DNA from: Chthoniobacteraceae bacterium
Lineage (GTDB): Bacteria; Verrucomicrobiota; Verrucomicrobiia; Chthoniobacterales; Chthoniobacteraceae
Assembly (NCBI GenBank): GCA_031409335.1
Contig: JANNWY010000195.1
Span: forward strand, 1-64,000
Reading direction: 5' to 3'
Length of the DNA stretch: 64,000 nucleotides
Positions 37,401 through 45,951 of the stretch are shown here, one piece after another; position 1 is the stretch's first letter, and each line of letters begins with the position of its first letter. A program made the translations under genes and the position numbers. The notes below the pieces were generated by a model. That model searched no databases and had not been told where the DNA came from. It saw only the letters and a list, made by a program, of their open reading frames with translations.

Positions 37401-40400
37401 GCTGATGATTTCGCCCGTGAGCGAAATCGAGCCCGCCGAACCGGTGCCGGTAGTGGCCGCGGTGACCGTCGAATTAGTGCCAGCGATGAGGATGGAGGGT
37501 GCGGAAACATCAATGTTCGGTATGTGCAGTTGGGTGGTCGCTACGTCACCGAGCGTCGCGGTGATTTTGCCGCCGCTGAACAAAGAAACTGCATCGCTCG
37601 CGGAGACGGTGATGCTGCCAGCATTGCCTAAGCCCACGCTTCGAGTGGAGATGCTAGCGCTTTCGGTCAGCGTCAGGCGGTTGAGATTCAGATCGATCGT
37701 TCCACCCAAGCCGGAGCCAAACGTTTCCGCGGAAATGCCGACCTGCGCGGCACCTTCGCCAGCAATGTTCAGATCGCCCGCTCGAATATGAATGACCCCG
37801 CCGTTGCCGGCGTTTTCGAGCGCGAGCGTTTCCGTGCTGATGCCAGCGTTTGCGCCAGAAATACTAATTGCGCTGGCATCGATTGACACCGAGCCGCCAT
37901 TGCCAGACCCCTGCGATGCCGCGGTGATCGTCGCGCCAGCAGCGAGTTGGAGCGTGCCGTCGATGCTAATCTGCACTTCGCCTCCGGGGCCGCCGTTGAC
38001 CGGCTGTGTGGTCTGGGCGCTGACTGCTGAGCCAAGTCCGGTGGCAAAAAATTCCCCCGCCACGATGCTGAGATCGCCACCGCGGCCGCTGCCGTTCGTG
38101 GCCGTGCTCAGGCGCGCGCCATCAGCGAGTTCGAGGCGACCCTCTACAGCCAGTGAAAGATCACCCGCGTTTCCGTCGGCACCGGTCTGCGTGGTGATGC
38201 CAGTGAGGCGCCCGGTGGCACCGGGAGAGACACGCAGAGTGTCGGCGGCAATTGCGATGTCGCCCCCGTTGCCGGGGCCAAAACTGTTGGCGGTGATATT
38301 GCCGCCGTCGAGCACTTCGACCGCGCCACCGATATTGAAATGCAAATCGCCCCCTCGACTAGCGAGGGGCAGTTTCCCAAGCGTTTGGCCGGTGATGCCC
38401 GAATCTTTCCCGCTGACGGTGAGACTGCCGGCGTCTAACTGGAGATCGCCACTGGAACCGGGACCGCTGGTGGTCAGCGAAATGAGAGCGCCGTCCAGCA
38501 CTTCCACCGCACCGGTGATGGCGAGGAAAACATTGGCACCCGCTCCGCCCGCGATGGGGTTCGAAGTTTCCGCGCCGATGCCGGATCGGGCCGTCCCCTG
38601 CCGGCCCGAAAGCTTGAGACTGTCGGCGCTCAAGTAGAGATCGCCACCGCTCGCCAGTCCATTGGCGGTGCGGGTGATTTGGCTGCCGGAGAGCACCTGC
38701 ACCGCACCGGAGATCGTCAGGCGGATCGCGCCGCCGAGTCCCGTCGCGGTTGATCCGAACGCATTCGCGCCAATGCTGCTGCGATCCATCAGCGTGACCG
38801 CTGCGGCCTGCACGGTGAGATCGCCTCCCGGCCCTGAGCCCTGCGTTTCGGAGAGGATTGAGGCGCGGGCCAATGTGATCGCGCCGCCAGCTTCGATCGT
38901 GAGTTTGCCGCCCACTCCGCTGGCACCGGACACTACGGTGCTGCCGATTTGCGAGTTGGTACTCATTGCCAGCGAACCCGCCGCGACCGCGATGTTGCCT
39001 CCGTGCGACGCACCCGCGGTGCTTGTCTGAATGGTGGCCCCATCAAGCAGACTAAGCGCGCCCGTTACGGCCAGCGAAACGTCGCCGCCAGGTCCGCTGG
39101 CGGTGGCATCGGTGGCCGTGACGATGCCCGCCGAATCGCCCAAAGCGAGCCGCGGATCGCCTTTGAGTTCCACACTTCCCGCAGTGATCACCACCGCGCC
39201 TCCTGCGCCAGTCCTTTCGACGACAGAGGCAATTTTCGAATCGTTTTGAATTTGGAGAGCACCGGAAATATTGAGCCGCACCGCTCCCCCGGCACCACCG
39301 CCCTGGCTGCTGGTTAAAATAGAAGAGCCTGTCACGAGGGAAATACTGTCGGCGATGATGTCGAGCGTGACGCCAGTCGCACCTCCCGTACTCGAGGTCT
39401 GAATCTGCCCGCCACCACTCATGCTGATCCGGGGCGTCCGAAGCTCGGCCCGGCCCGCGCGGCCCGCAGACGCCGCGGTAAAAAAATTGATCGAGCCCCC
39501 GGTATTCAAGCGCAGGCTCGGCGTGGCAATGCGGAGGACCGTGGCATCCTGCAAATCCGTATCTCCCGTGATGGAAAGCGCCGTGTCGGAGGCGAGGGTC
39601 ACAAGCTCCCGCGTTTCGATGTCGATCCCGTCGCCGCGGCTGCCGTCCACCGTCCGCACCTGGATCTGGGCCCGATTCGCCACGAGGCGTCCCGCGCGAA
39701 TGACCAAACGCCCGCCGCCCGGGTTGCCGACGTTCGCGCCACTGAAACGGTTGGCATCCGCCACCGTGGTGATATTGCCAAGGGTGGAGAATCCGGCGGT
39801 TCCTGCCGTGGCGCGACGATCGCGGATATCCAGCGCCATCGTCCCGCCCGAACGGACGCTCGCGAGATGAAGGGTTCCGCCCGGCACCGCGAGACTCCCG
39901 CCTTCGCGCAGAGTGATGTCGCCTCCGAGCAGCGCCAGATTGTTCCCCGTTTTCACATTGAGAAAAGACCCGCGCACGGTGATCGCCGCAGGAGTTGGTC
40001 CGAGAAAGCCAAAGGCCGAAACCGGCGCGCTGGTGAGAACGTCATCCGCCGGTCGCGTCGCATCGAAACGGCCCTGCTGACCGAGCGCCACGGAGTTCGC
40101 CGTCGTGGCGACGAACGATCCGCCCACGTTGAGCGTGGCGTTCGGGCCGAAGAGGATGCCGCTCGGATTGATCAAAAAAAGGTTCGCGCCGGCGATGGTC
40201 GAATTGATCCGACCGTCGATCGCCGACGCCGCGCCCCCGGTGACGCGGGCGAGCACGTTGGCAATATCGGCCGGGCCGCTAAACGTGGCGGACTCGCCCG
40301 CCACCAAATCGAAGCGCGAAAAACTGTGGAAGAGATTGGCCCCCGCTCGCGTGCCGAACGTGTGAGGGATCGGAAAATCCTGGCCGACCTTGCCGATCGC

Positions 40401-40538
40401 CCCAGCCGCGCCAGTCGTACCGTCGGTCGCGAGGTCCGCGAAGATCGCTCTGCCGTCGAACACAACAGCAGCCAGCAGCCAGAGCAACGCGGTGGGAGAT
40501 CGCCGCTTTCGAGACAGCGTTCGATTCACGGGATTCAC
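34464..40538 (-). CDS. Filamentous haemagglutinin family TpsA protein 1 (2024 aa)
   Basis: Signal peptide, TPS domain (GANLFHSFSRF, NVLARVTGG, LFLINPSGILFG), many G-x-GG-x-I beta-helix repeats and C-terminal QLREQCARRLGLEFSSFLVIGRGG. Confidence 0.95.
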   Translation of the reverse strand: MNPVNRTLSRKRRSPTALLWLLAAVVFDGRAIFADLATDGTTGAAGAIGKVGQDFPIPHTFGTRAGANLFHSFSRFDLVAGESATFSGPADIANVLARVTGGAASAIDGRINSTIAGANLFLINPSGILFGPNATLNVGGSFVATTANSVALGQQGRFDATRPADDVLTSAPVSAFGFLGPTPAAITVRGSFLNVKTGNNLALLGGDITLREGGSLAVPGGTLHLASVRSGGTMALDIRDRRATAGTAGFSTLGNITTVADANRFSGANVGNPGGGRLVIRAGRLVANRAQIQVRTVDGSRGDGIDIETRELVTLASDTALSITGDTDLQDATVLRIATPSLRLNTGGSINFFTAASAGRAGRAELRTPRISMSGGGQIQTSSTGGATGVTLDIIADSISLVTGSSILTSSQGGGAGGAVRLNISGALQIQNDSKIASVVERTGAGGAVVITAGSVELKGDPRLALGDSAGIVTATDATASGPGGDVSLAVTGALSLLDGATIQTSTAGASHGGNIAVAAGSLAMSTNSQIGSTVVSGASGVGGKLTIEAGGAITLARASILSETQGSGPGGDLTVQAAAVTLMDRSSIGANAFGSTATGLGGAIRLTISGAVQVLSGSQITRTANGLASGGDLYLSADSLKLSGRQGTARSGIGAETSNPIAGGAGANVFLAITGAVEVLDGALISLTTSGPGSSGDLQLDAGSLTVSGKDSGITGQTLGKLPLASRGGDLHFNIGGAVEVLDGGNITANSFGPGNGGDIAIAADTLRVSPGATGRLTGITTQTGADGNAGDLSLAVEGRLELADGARLSTATNGSGRGGDLSIVAGEFFATGLGSAVSAQTTQPVNGGPGGEVQISIDGTLQLAAGATITAASQGSGNGGSVSIDASAISISGANAGISTETLALENAGNGGVIHIRAGDLNIAGEGAAQVGISAETFGSGLGGTIDLNLNRLTLTESASISTRSVGLGNAGSITVSASDAVSLFSGGKITATLGDVATTQLHIPNIDVSAPSILIAGTNSTVTAATTGTGSAGSISLTGEIISVDFDAAISSESTGLGNAGRIDITASGGFFLYGGARVTATVGTVAKPELRPRIGIRSPMIVLSDGRINASTSGTGLAGDITLEARGSSEFAKSVELFGNSSIAATTSGAGEGGSITIDAVSFDLKDRAVISASTSGAGAGGNVIVRANRVNLKGVAAGLGAPGIFATSDAGADAAAAHGKGGSIDIAADTFTMRDNVVISASTFSSGRGGDVRVVAKDSISLLGGNLPPLVNNLADNVGIFANSFSVVKNAGQAGAVTLRTGDLTIASGMLVSTSTQGPADAGPVRISAERFTIDGRGSSRFTGVFAAAISEKLPPTLRGGKGGSIHVEAGKLGILDGAGIAASTLGSGRAGNLIVRADEAEFTHARPIKLFGPDGATILFAGLAASVEGRDGTGRGGNIDAQFGSLTLRDGGLITARTTGPGAGGAVQVNAAELTLRSGAYISASTFAAGAGGSVSVNAPNLLIDGEGAPFGGGIFASSEKGASAAGGSVSVQSETLDIRRGGAISVQTFGRGDSGSVTLQTRDLTISRGGLINASTAGAGHGGNLQLTAQRVTIDGRGTPQTGIIADSQTARSGVGGSITLNAAEVVLTGGTISAITASAQRGGGIAIHAGEIALNAGGQIAASTSGSGQGGAVSLTADLLSLQPGSAIMASTTGSGKGGDVLVNAKALNIRGGSAPTGIFADSRIATSGDGGSIKIDAGQVALTQGGKISARTAGAGKGGDIDIKAENLALKNRASINTSASGSGIAGGIRFRVGGSLLLRDGSSVATTSSQSNAGLIDVRAGGSVRLEDSSITVQASLGDAGQIAIRTPKRIELKRSGIIAEAGGSGGNITIDASALGLDAGLITANAVAGDGGLITLNFPATGVLGDPGDFVIVSDFVRQSADSRITASSEVGLQGALLIRAPELDLSNAVEGFTASLVDASTQLREQCARRLGLEFSSFLVIGRGGISLTPDEPLADTPPSTGKEREKARVAR

Positions 40539-40643
40539 AGGAAGTGGGATAGCCGACAGGCCCCTCTCTTCACAAGGAAAAGTGCGGTCTCTTTACCGGA
40601 AAGCGAATTGACTCGCCGCAGCCAGATTGATATTTGCAGCGTC

Positions 40644-41981
40644 ATGTCGGATTCACCACGACTCAAAACGACCGCTCTTCGGTCGGTCCAAGGGTGGTTG
40701 GTCATCGCGCTGTGCGCGGCACAGGCTCCCGCCAGGGCCGCGGTCTTGGCGGAATACCGCGTGGCGCTGACCCAAAACGCCGCCACGGAACTCCCGCCCG
40801 CCGTCGTCGCCAGCGGCGTCACGGCCTCGGCCGTGCAACCCGTGGGAGGGCTGACGGCCTTCGGCATCAACCAAAGCCCGATCGTCCTTTTCGGCGGAAG
40901 TTTCTGGCCCGCGGATGCCTTCGGTACCCAGGCATTCGAGATCACGGTGGTGCCGACGGGAGGTGCCATGCTGCACCTCGATTCTTTGAATATCCGGATG
41001 TATTCGGCTCCACCCATGACCTTCCGCCTCGCGGCGAGCAACGATGGCTTCCTCAGTACGCTGGATCAAGAATTCAGCATCGCTTCGGAATCCGAACTCT
41101 CGGTTTCGCTCTCGCTCGCCGCGTTACCCACTACGGGCCAGCCACTGAGCCTCCGTTTATTCGGCTACTACGACTCGGAATGGCTAGATGCGGTAATCGC
41201 AGGTTTCGTGGACAGCGGCGGCTGGGGTATTCGCGTCAATGGTACAATTCTGAATTCCATCGTCTGGGACGGCGGCGGAACAAACAACGCGTGGTCCACC
41301 GCGGCCAACTGGAACAACGACATCGCACCGCTGAACGACGGCACAGCGAATCTTGTCTTCGGAGGCAATGTGCGGCTGACGCCCAGCGTCGATACAACCC
41401 GGAATGTCGCCTCGATCGCTTTCAACAATACCGCTGGCACATTCACAATCGGCGGTCCGCGGAGCCTGACCATCGGTTCCGGCGGCATCACCAACAACGA
41501 CGCTGACCTGCAGACCATCACGGCGAACGTGACGCTTAGCGCCAGCCAGACTTTCACCGCGATAGCGGGCGATCTTTCCCTGAATAACGTGAATATCGGC
41601 TCCAACGCGCTGACCGTCACCGGCGCTCATCGTGTGAAACTCGGCGATCTTATCGGGACGGGAACGATCACAAAAACTGGCGCGGGAATTCTGGAGTTTG
41701 CCGGCAGCGTCGGCGATGGCGATATCGTGGTGAACGCGAATGGCGGCGTGACGGTGTTTAGCGAAAGCCAGACGCTCTCCGAGCTGAACATCGGCACCGG
41801 CGCAACGGTGACGCTGGCTGCGCCGGCGAACTCGCTCCTGCCAGTGCCCGAACCGGCGGCGGCGAGCCTGCTTTTGAGCGGTGCGCTGGCGCTGTGCGGG
41901 AGACGGCGTAGCCGACGGCAGCTCACCGGCCCGTCGCGCTCAATGGCGGTTTTGCGCGTTGCCGTGAAGCGAGAGGGCTGA
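40644..41981 (+). CDS. PEP-CTERM surface protein with beta-strand repeats (445 aa)
   Basis: Start at ATG 40644 (signal peptide ...LCAAQAPARA); WDGGGTNNAWSTAANW, ITKTGAGIL and PVPEPAAASLLLSGALALCGRRR; the 3' end overlaps tpsA2 by 59 bp. Confidence 0.9.
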   Translation: MSDSPRLKTTALRSVQGWLVIALCAAQAPARAAVLAEYRVALTQNAATELPPAVVASGVTASAVQPVGGLTAFGINQSPIVLFGGSFWPADAFGTQAFEITVVPTGGAMLHLDSLNIRMYSAPPMTFRLAASNDGFLSTLDQEFSIASESELSVSLSLAALPTTGQPLSLRLFGYYDSEWLDAVIAGFVDSGGWGIRVNGTILNSIVWDGGGTNNAWSTAANWNNDIAPLNDGTANLVFGGNVRLTPSVDTTRNVASIAFNNTAGTFTIGGPRSLTIGSGGITNNDADLQTITANVTLSASQTFTAIAGDLSLNNVNIGSNALTVTGAHRVKLGDLIGTGTITKTGAGILEFAGSVGDGDIVVNANGGVTVFSESQTLSELNIGTGATVTLAAPANSLLPVPEPAAASLLLSGALALCGRRRSRRQLTGPSRSMAVLRVAVKREG

Positions 41982-44900
41982 GGTCGGCGAGGGGCTCGTC
42001 GGGGGCGAGCGAGATGCCGCCGCGGCCGATGACGAGGAGGCTGCTGAAATCGAGCCCGAGCCGTCGCGCGCACTGCTCGCGCAGTTGCGTGGCGACATCG
42101 ACCAGCGTGCCGGGGAGGATGACGAGGCCGGCGGCGAGGTCGAGTTCGGGCGCGGCGATTTCCACGATGCCGGCGGTCGTGCCGGTCGCGGTGAGGACGC
42201 TTTCGGATGAGAAAAAATTGTCGGCCACCAGCAGGATGTTTCCTCCGCGCCCGAGGGCCGCGTTGGCGCTGATCGTGCCGTGGTCGAGAATGATGAAGAT
42301 CGGATCGACGGTGATGTTTCCGCCCGTCCCCGCGCTGCCGCCACCCAGCTCCGAGCCGGCGGTGGCGGCGAGGGTGCTGTGGTCGAGGTAGAAAAGGTCG
42401 CGCGCTGAAATGACGATGCTGCCGCCATTCGTGCCGGCGGAGGCGATGACGCTCGCGCCGCCGTGCAACTCGACGCGCCGACCGCTGAGCGTGATCGAGC
42501 CCGCGTCACCGGTCTGGGAAAAGACGGTGATCAGGCTGGCGTCGTCCAGCGTCACGGCGTCGCGCGCGGCGATCGCGATGGAACCGGCATTGCCCGTCGC
42601 CGCGTTGGCGCTGGAGATCACGGCGCTCCCGGTCATCGCGAGGCTGCCGGTTTTCAAGACCACGCTGCCCGCGGGGGCGCTGGTGTTGGATTGCGCGATG
42701 ATTCCGCCATCAACGAGCGAGTCGGCATTTCCGCGGAGCGCGATCGTCCGGGCCTCGATGTCCACACTGCCGCCGCGGCCCGTGGAGCCGACTTCCACGT
42801 TGGCGAAAATACCGCCCTCGATCGGCGTGCCGGAGGTGTCGATGCGCAGATCGCCGACGCGCAGGCGGACGCTGCCCGCATTGCCGCCGCCGAGCGTGGC
42901 CGCGGAGATGCGGCCGGAGCCGCGCAGCGAGACCGCGTCGCCGGCGATGCGGACGTTTCCGCCGCGACCCATCGCGCCGGGGCCGACGCCCGAGGAGATT
43001 CCGGTGAACAAAGGACTCCCCGTGCCATCGATGCTCAGACGCCCGGCGGACACCGTGACGGGCCCGCCGTCGCCGCGGCCCAAGGTGTCCGCGAAGATGG
43101 CTCCTCCCGCGCGCAGCGTGAGTTGGCCGGCGGTGATGCTGAGCGGACCGCCGTCGCCAATTGCGCCCGGAAAAACGCTGGAAGTAATGCCGGTGGGCAG
43201 GGGCGCGGATTCGCCGTCGATCCGCAGGACATCGGCCACCACGCGCACGCTGCCCGCCGCGCCGAGGCCGGAGGTGATCGCGGAAACTCCCGCCTGATGC
43301 CGGAGCGAAATCTCATTGATGCGGAGCACGATGTCGCCGCCGCGACCGATCCCACCTTCGCCCACTTCCGACGAGATGGTGGTGAACCCATCGCTGCCTC
43401 GCCCGTCGATCAGCAACCGGCGCGCGGAGACTTCGATGCGACCGCCATCGCCGCGGCCAAACGTGTCGGTCGAAACGAAAGCCCCACCGCGCAGCGTGAA
43501 TTCATCGACGCGCACGGCGATGGCGCCGCCGAGGCCGAAGGCTCCCTCATTCACGTCCGAGGAGATGCCGGTGAAAAAGTCGGCACCCCGCGCGTCGATG
43601 AGCAACCGGCGCGCGGCGACTTCGATGCGACCGCCATCGCCGCGGCCACAGGTGTCCGTCGAAATTGTCGCTCCACCGAGGACATTGATTTCGTCGCCGT
43701 GAATGATGAGATCGCCGCCGCGGCCGACCGCGCCCGCGTTCAAGTCCGAGGAAATCGCGGTGATGGCGTCGAGCCCCTGCCCGTCGAGATGCAGCCGCTG
43801 CGCGGAAACCGCGACCGCGCCGCCCTTGCCGCGGCCCGAATTGTCGGCGGAAATACTGCCGCCACCGATGATCGAAAGATCCCGCGCGCGGACAACGAGA
43901 TCGCCGCCATTGCCCTGCGCGGCAACATCGACTCCGGCAAAGATTCCCGTCGCCGCATCCGCCCCGCGCTGTTCGATCCGGAGCCGGTCGGCGATCACGC
44001 GCACGCTGCCGCCATCGCCGAGCGCGAAGGTATTCGAGGAAATCTGGCCGCCGCGAAAGATCGCCAGATCCCCACTTTCGACGATCACCCCGCCGCCGCG
44101 CCCGACCGCGCCCAAACCGACATCGGCGACGATGCCAGTCGTCGCGCCGGAGTCCTGCCCGTCGATCCGCAACTGCGGCGCGAAGACCGCGATGCTGCCG
44201 CCGTCGCCCTGGCCAAAAGTGTCCGCGAAGATCACGCCGCCATTTTCGATCGCGAGACTCCCGCTGCGCACGCTGATGTCGCCGCCGCGCCCGACCGCGC
44301 CGGCGCCGACCGCCGCGAGGAGGCCCGTCAGTTGATTGGAATCGCCGGCATCGATCGCCAGCGTCCCCGTCGTCACGCGAATGCTGCCGCCGTTGCCGCG
44401 ACCAAACGAGTTCGCGACAATGGCTCCCCCGGCAGTCAGCGTGAGGTGTTCACTCTTCACGATGAGATCCCCGCCATCCCCGATCGCCGCAGCATTCACC
44501 GTCGAAGTGATGCCGGTGAAAAAACCGGAGGACATCGCGTCGAGACGCAACCGCGCGGCGCGGACCGTGACGTTGCCGCCGTCTCCCTGGCCCAGGGTGT
44601 CGCCCGAAATCACGCCACCGCCAATCAACAACGCATCCGCGCTTTCCACGAAAATATTGCCCCCGCGCCCGATCGCGCCCGGCCCGACCGCCGCGAAGAT
44701 GCCCGTCTGAAGCAGCGAGCGTTCGCGGTCGATGCTCAGCCGGGTCGCCGAGACGCGGATATCGCCGCCATCGCCGATGCCAAACGTGGTCGTGGAGATG
44801 GTGCCGCCCGCGGTCATCGCGAGATCATCGGTGCGCAAATCGATATCGCCGCCACGCGCGCCACTGGGCGAATTGCTGAAGGCAAAGATGCCGGAGAAGA

Positions 44901-45894
44901 GCGCCGTGCCGCCCATGCTCAACACCGGTGCCCGCACCGTGACATCGCCGCCGCGTCCCGCGCCGACAGTCCTGGCCCCGATCTGGCCCTCGCGGAGCAC
45001 GAGCGATTCCGTGGCGCGCACATCCACCGGCCCGCCCGCCGCGCTGCCGCGATTTTCGCTGCGGATGAGCGAAGCGCCGGCGACCAGCAGCCGCCCGCCG
45101 CGGATCACGACGCGCCCGCCGCCATTGCCGTCGATGTTTGCGAACGCGCCGTTTTTCACCTCGATCGCGCCCATCGTCGGCAGCACTGCCGCGCCGGACG
45201 CCGCGAGCGCGTCGGGTGACGCAGGTACGTCGCCCGCTGCGCGAACGCTCACCAGACTGAGCCGTCCGGAAGATGCCGCGACGAGCGCACCATCGAGCGT
45301 CAGATCGCCCGCGACGATCGTGAAATCACGACCTGCGGGCACGACGAGTTGGCTGCCCGCGAGGCTGATCGGCGCGGGCGCGGGCGAGAGAAAACCGAAC
45401 GCGCTCACCGGCGCGGCAGTGAGCAGATCGTCGCCGCCGAGACGCGCGTTGAATTTGCCACCATCCGCGAGCCGCAAATAATCCGCCGTCGTGACCGCGA
45501 ACGAACCGCTGATGTCGAGCCGCGCACCCGGTCCGAAAATCACGCCCGCCGGATTGATGAGAAAAAGATTCGCGCCCGAAATCTCCGAGCGCAGCGTGCC
45601 GTCGATCGACGACGCGCTCCCATCGGTGATGCGCGCGAGGATATTCCCAATGCTCGCCGGCCCCTGAAAACTCGCGCTTTCGCCGCTGCTCAAATCGAGC
45701 TTGCTGAAGCTGTGAAAAAGATTCCCCCCGACCTGCCGCCCCGCGTCCGCCGGGATCAAAAAGCCCGGGCCGGGGAGCGAATCACTGCGACCAAAGCTGC
45801 CATCGAATCTCACCTCACCGCCCCCCGCCGCACCCGCCGCGAAGCAGGCGAACGCCGCGCTCGCGATGGGAAGGGAGCGCGGGGAAAGTTTCAA
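41923..45894 (-). CDS. Filamentous haemagglutinin family TpsA protein 2 (~1323 aa) with 63-aa tandem repeats
   Basis: GGNLFHSFSKL, NILARITDG and LFLINPAGVIFG; repeats with 189-bp period (e.g. 43432 vs 43621); conserved C-terminal peptide. Start is TTG 45894 or 45948. Confidence 0.94.
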   Translation of the reverse strand: MKLSPRSLPIASAAFACFAAGAAGGGEVRFDGSFGRSDSLPGPGFLIPADAGRQVGGNLFHSFSKLDLSSGESASFQGPASIGNILARITDGSASSIDGTLRSEISGANLFLINPAGVIFGPGARLDISGSFAVTTADYLRLADGGKFNARLGGDDLLTAAPVSAFGFLSPAPAPISLAGSQLVVPAGRDFTIVAGDLTLDGALVAASSGRLSLVSVRAAGDVPASPDALAASGAAVLPTMGAIEVKNGAFANIDGNGGGRVVIRGGRLLVAGASLIRSENRGSAAGGPVDVRATESLVLREGQIGARTVGAGRGGDVTVRAPVLSMGGTALFSGIFAFSNSPSGARGGDIDLRTDDLAMTAGGTISTTTFGIGDGGDIRVSATRLSIDRERSLLQTGIFAAVGPGAIGRGGNIFVESADALLIGGGVISGDTLGQGDGGNVTVRAARLRLDAMSSGFFTGITSTVNAAAIGDGGDLIVKSEHLTLTAGGAIVANSFGRGNGGSIRVTTGTLAIDAGDSNQLTGLLAAVGAGAVGRGGDISVRSGSLAIENGGVIFADTFGQGDGGSIAVFAPQLRIDGQDSGATTGIVADVGLGAVGRGGGVIVESGDLAIFRGGQISSNTFALGDGGSVRVIADRLRIEQRGADAATGIFAGVDVAAQGNGGDLVVRARDLSIIGGGSISADNSGRGKGGAVAVSAQRLHLDGQGLDAITAISSDLNAGAVGRGGDLIIHGDEINVLGGATISTDTCGRGDGGRIEVAARRLLIDARGADFFTGISSDVNEGAFGLGGAIAVRVDEFTLRGGAFVSTDTFGRGDGGRIEVSARRLLIDGRGSDGFTTISSEVGEGGIGRGGDIVLRINEISLRHQAGVSAITSGLGAAGSVRVVADVLRIDGESAPLPTGITSSVFPGAIGDGGPLSITAGQLTLRAGGAIFADTLGRGDGGPVTVSAGRLSIDGTGSPLFTGISSGVGPGAMGRGGNVRIAGDAVSLRGSGRISAATLGGGNAGSVRLRVGDLRIDTSGTPIEGGIFANVEVGSTGRGGSVDIEARTIALRGNADSLVDGGIIAQSNTSAPAGSVVLKTGSLAMTGSAVISSANAATGNAGSIAIAARDAVTLDDASLITVFSQTGDAGSITLSGRRVELHGGASVIASAGTNGGSIVISARDLFYLDHSTLAATAGSELGGGSAGTGGNITVDPIFIILDHGTISANAALGRGGNILLVADNFFSSESVLTATGTTAGIVEIAAPELDLAAGLVILPGTLVDVATQLREQCARRLGLDFSSLLVIGRGGISLAPDEPLADLSPLASRQRAKPPLSATGR

Positions 45895-45951
45895 GGCGCG
45901 GGCATGTAGCAGATGCCGGGGCCGCGGGCAAATCCCCGCGCCGCGCAAAAC

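Noticed and set aside
39867..40643. N-terminal extension of the 704-aa ORF
   Set aside because: Antisense to the start of tpsA1; the signal peptide begins at ATG 40644.
42463..45219. 918-aa plus-strand ORF, and similar long ORFs such as 4421-6445, 32536-34197, 35575-37311 and 52259-54067
   Set aside because: Antisense shadows of well-supported minus-strand genes in GC-rich DNA; low-complexity Arg/Ala/Pro-rich translations with no motifs.
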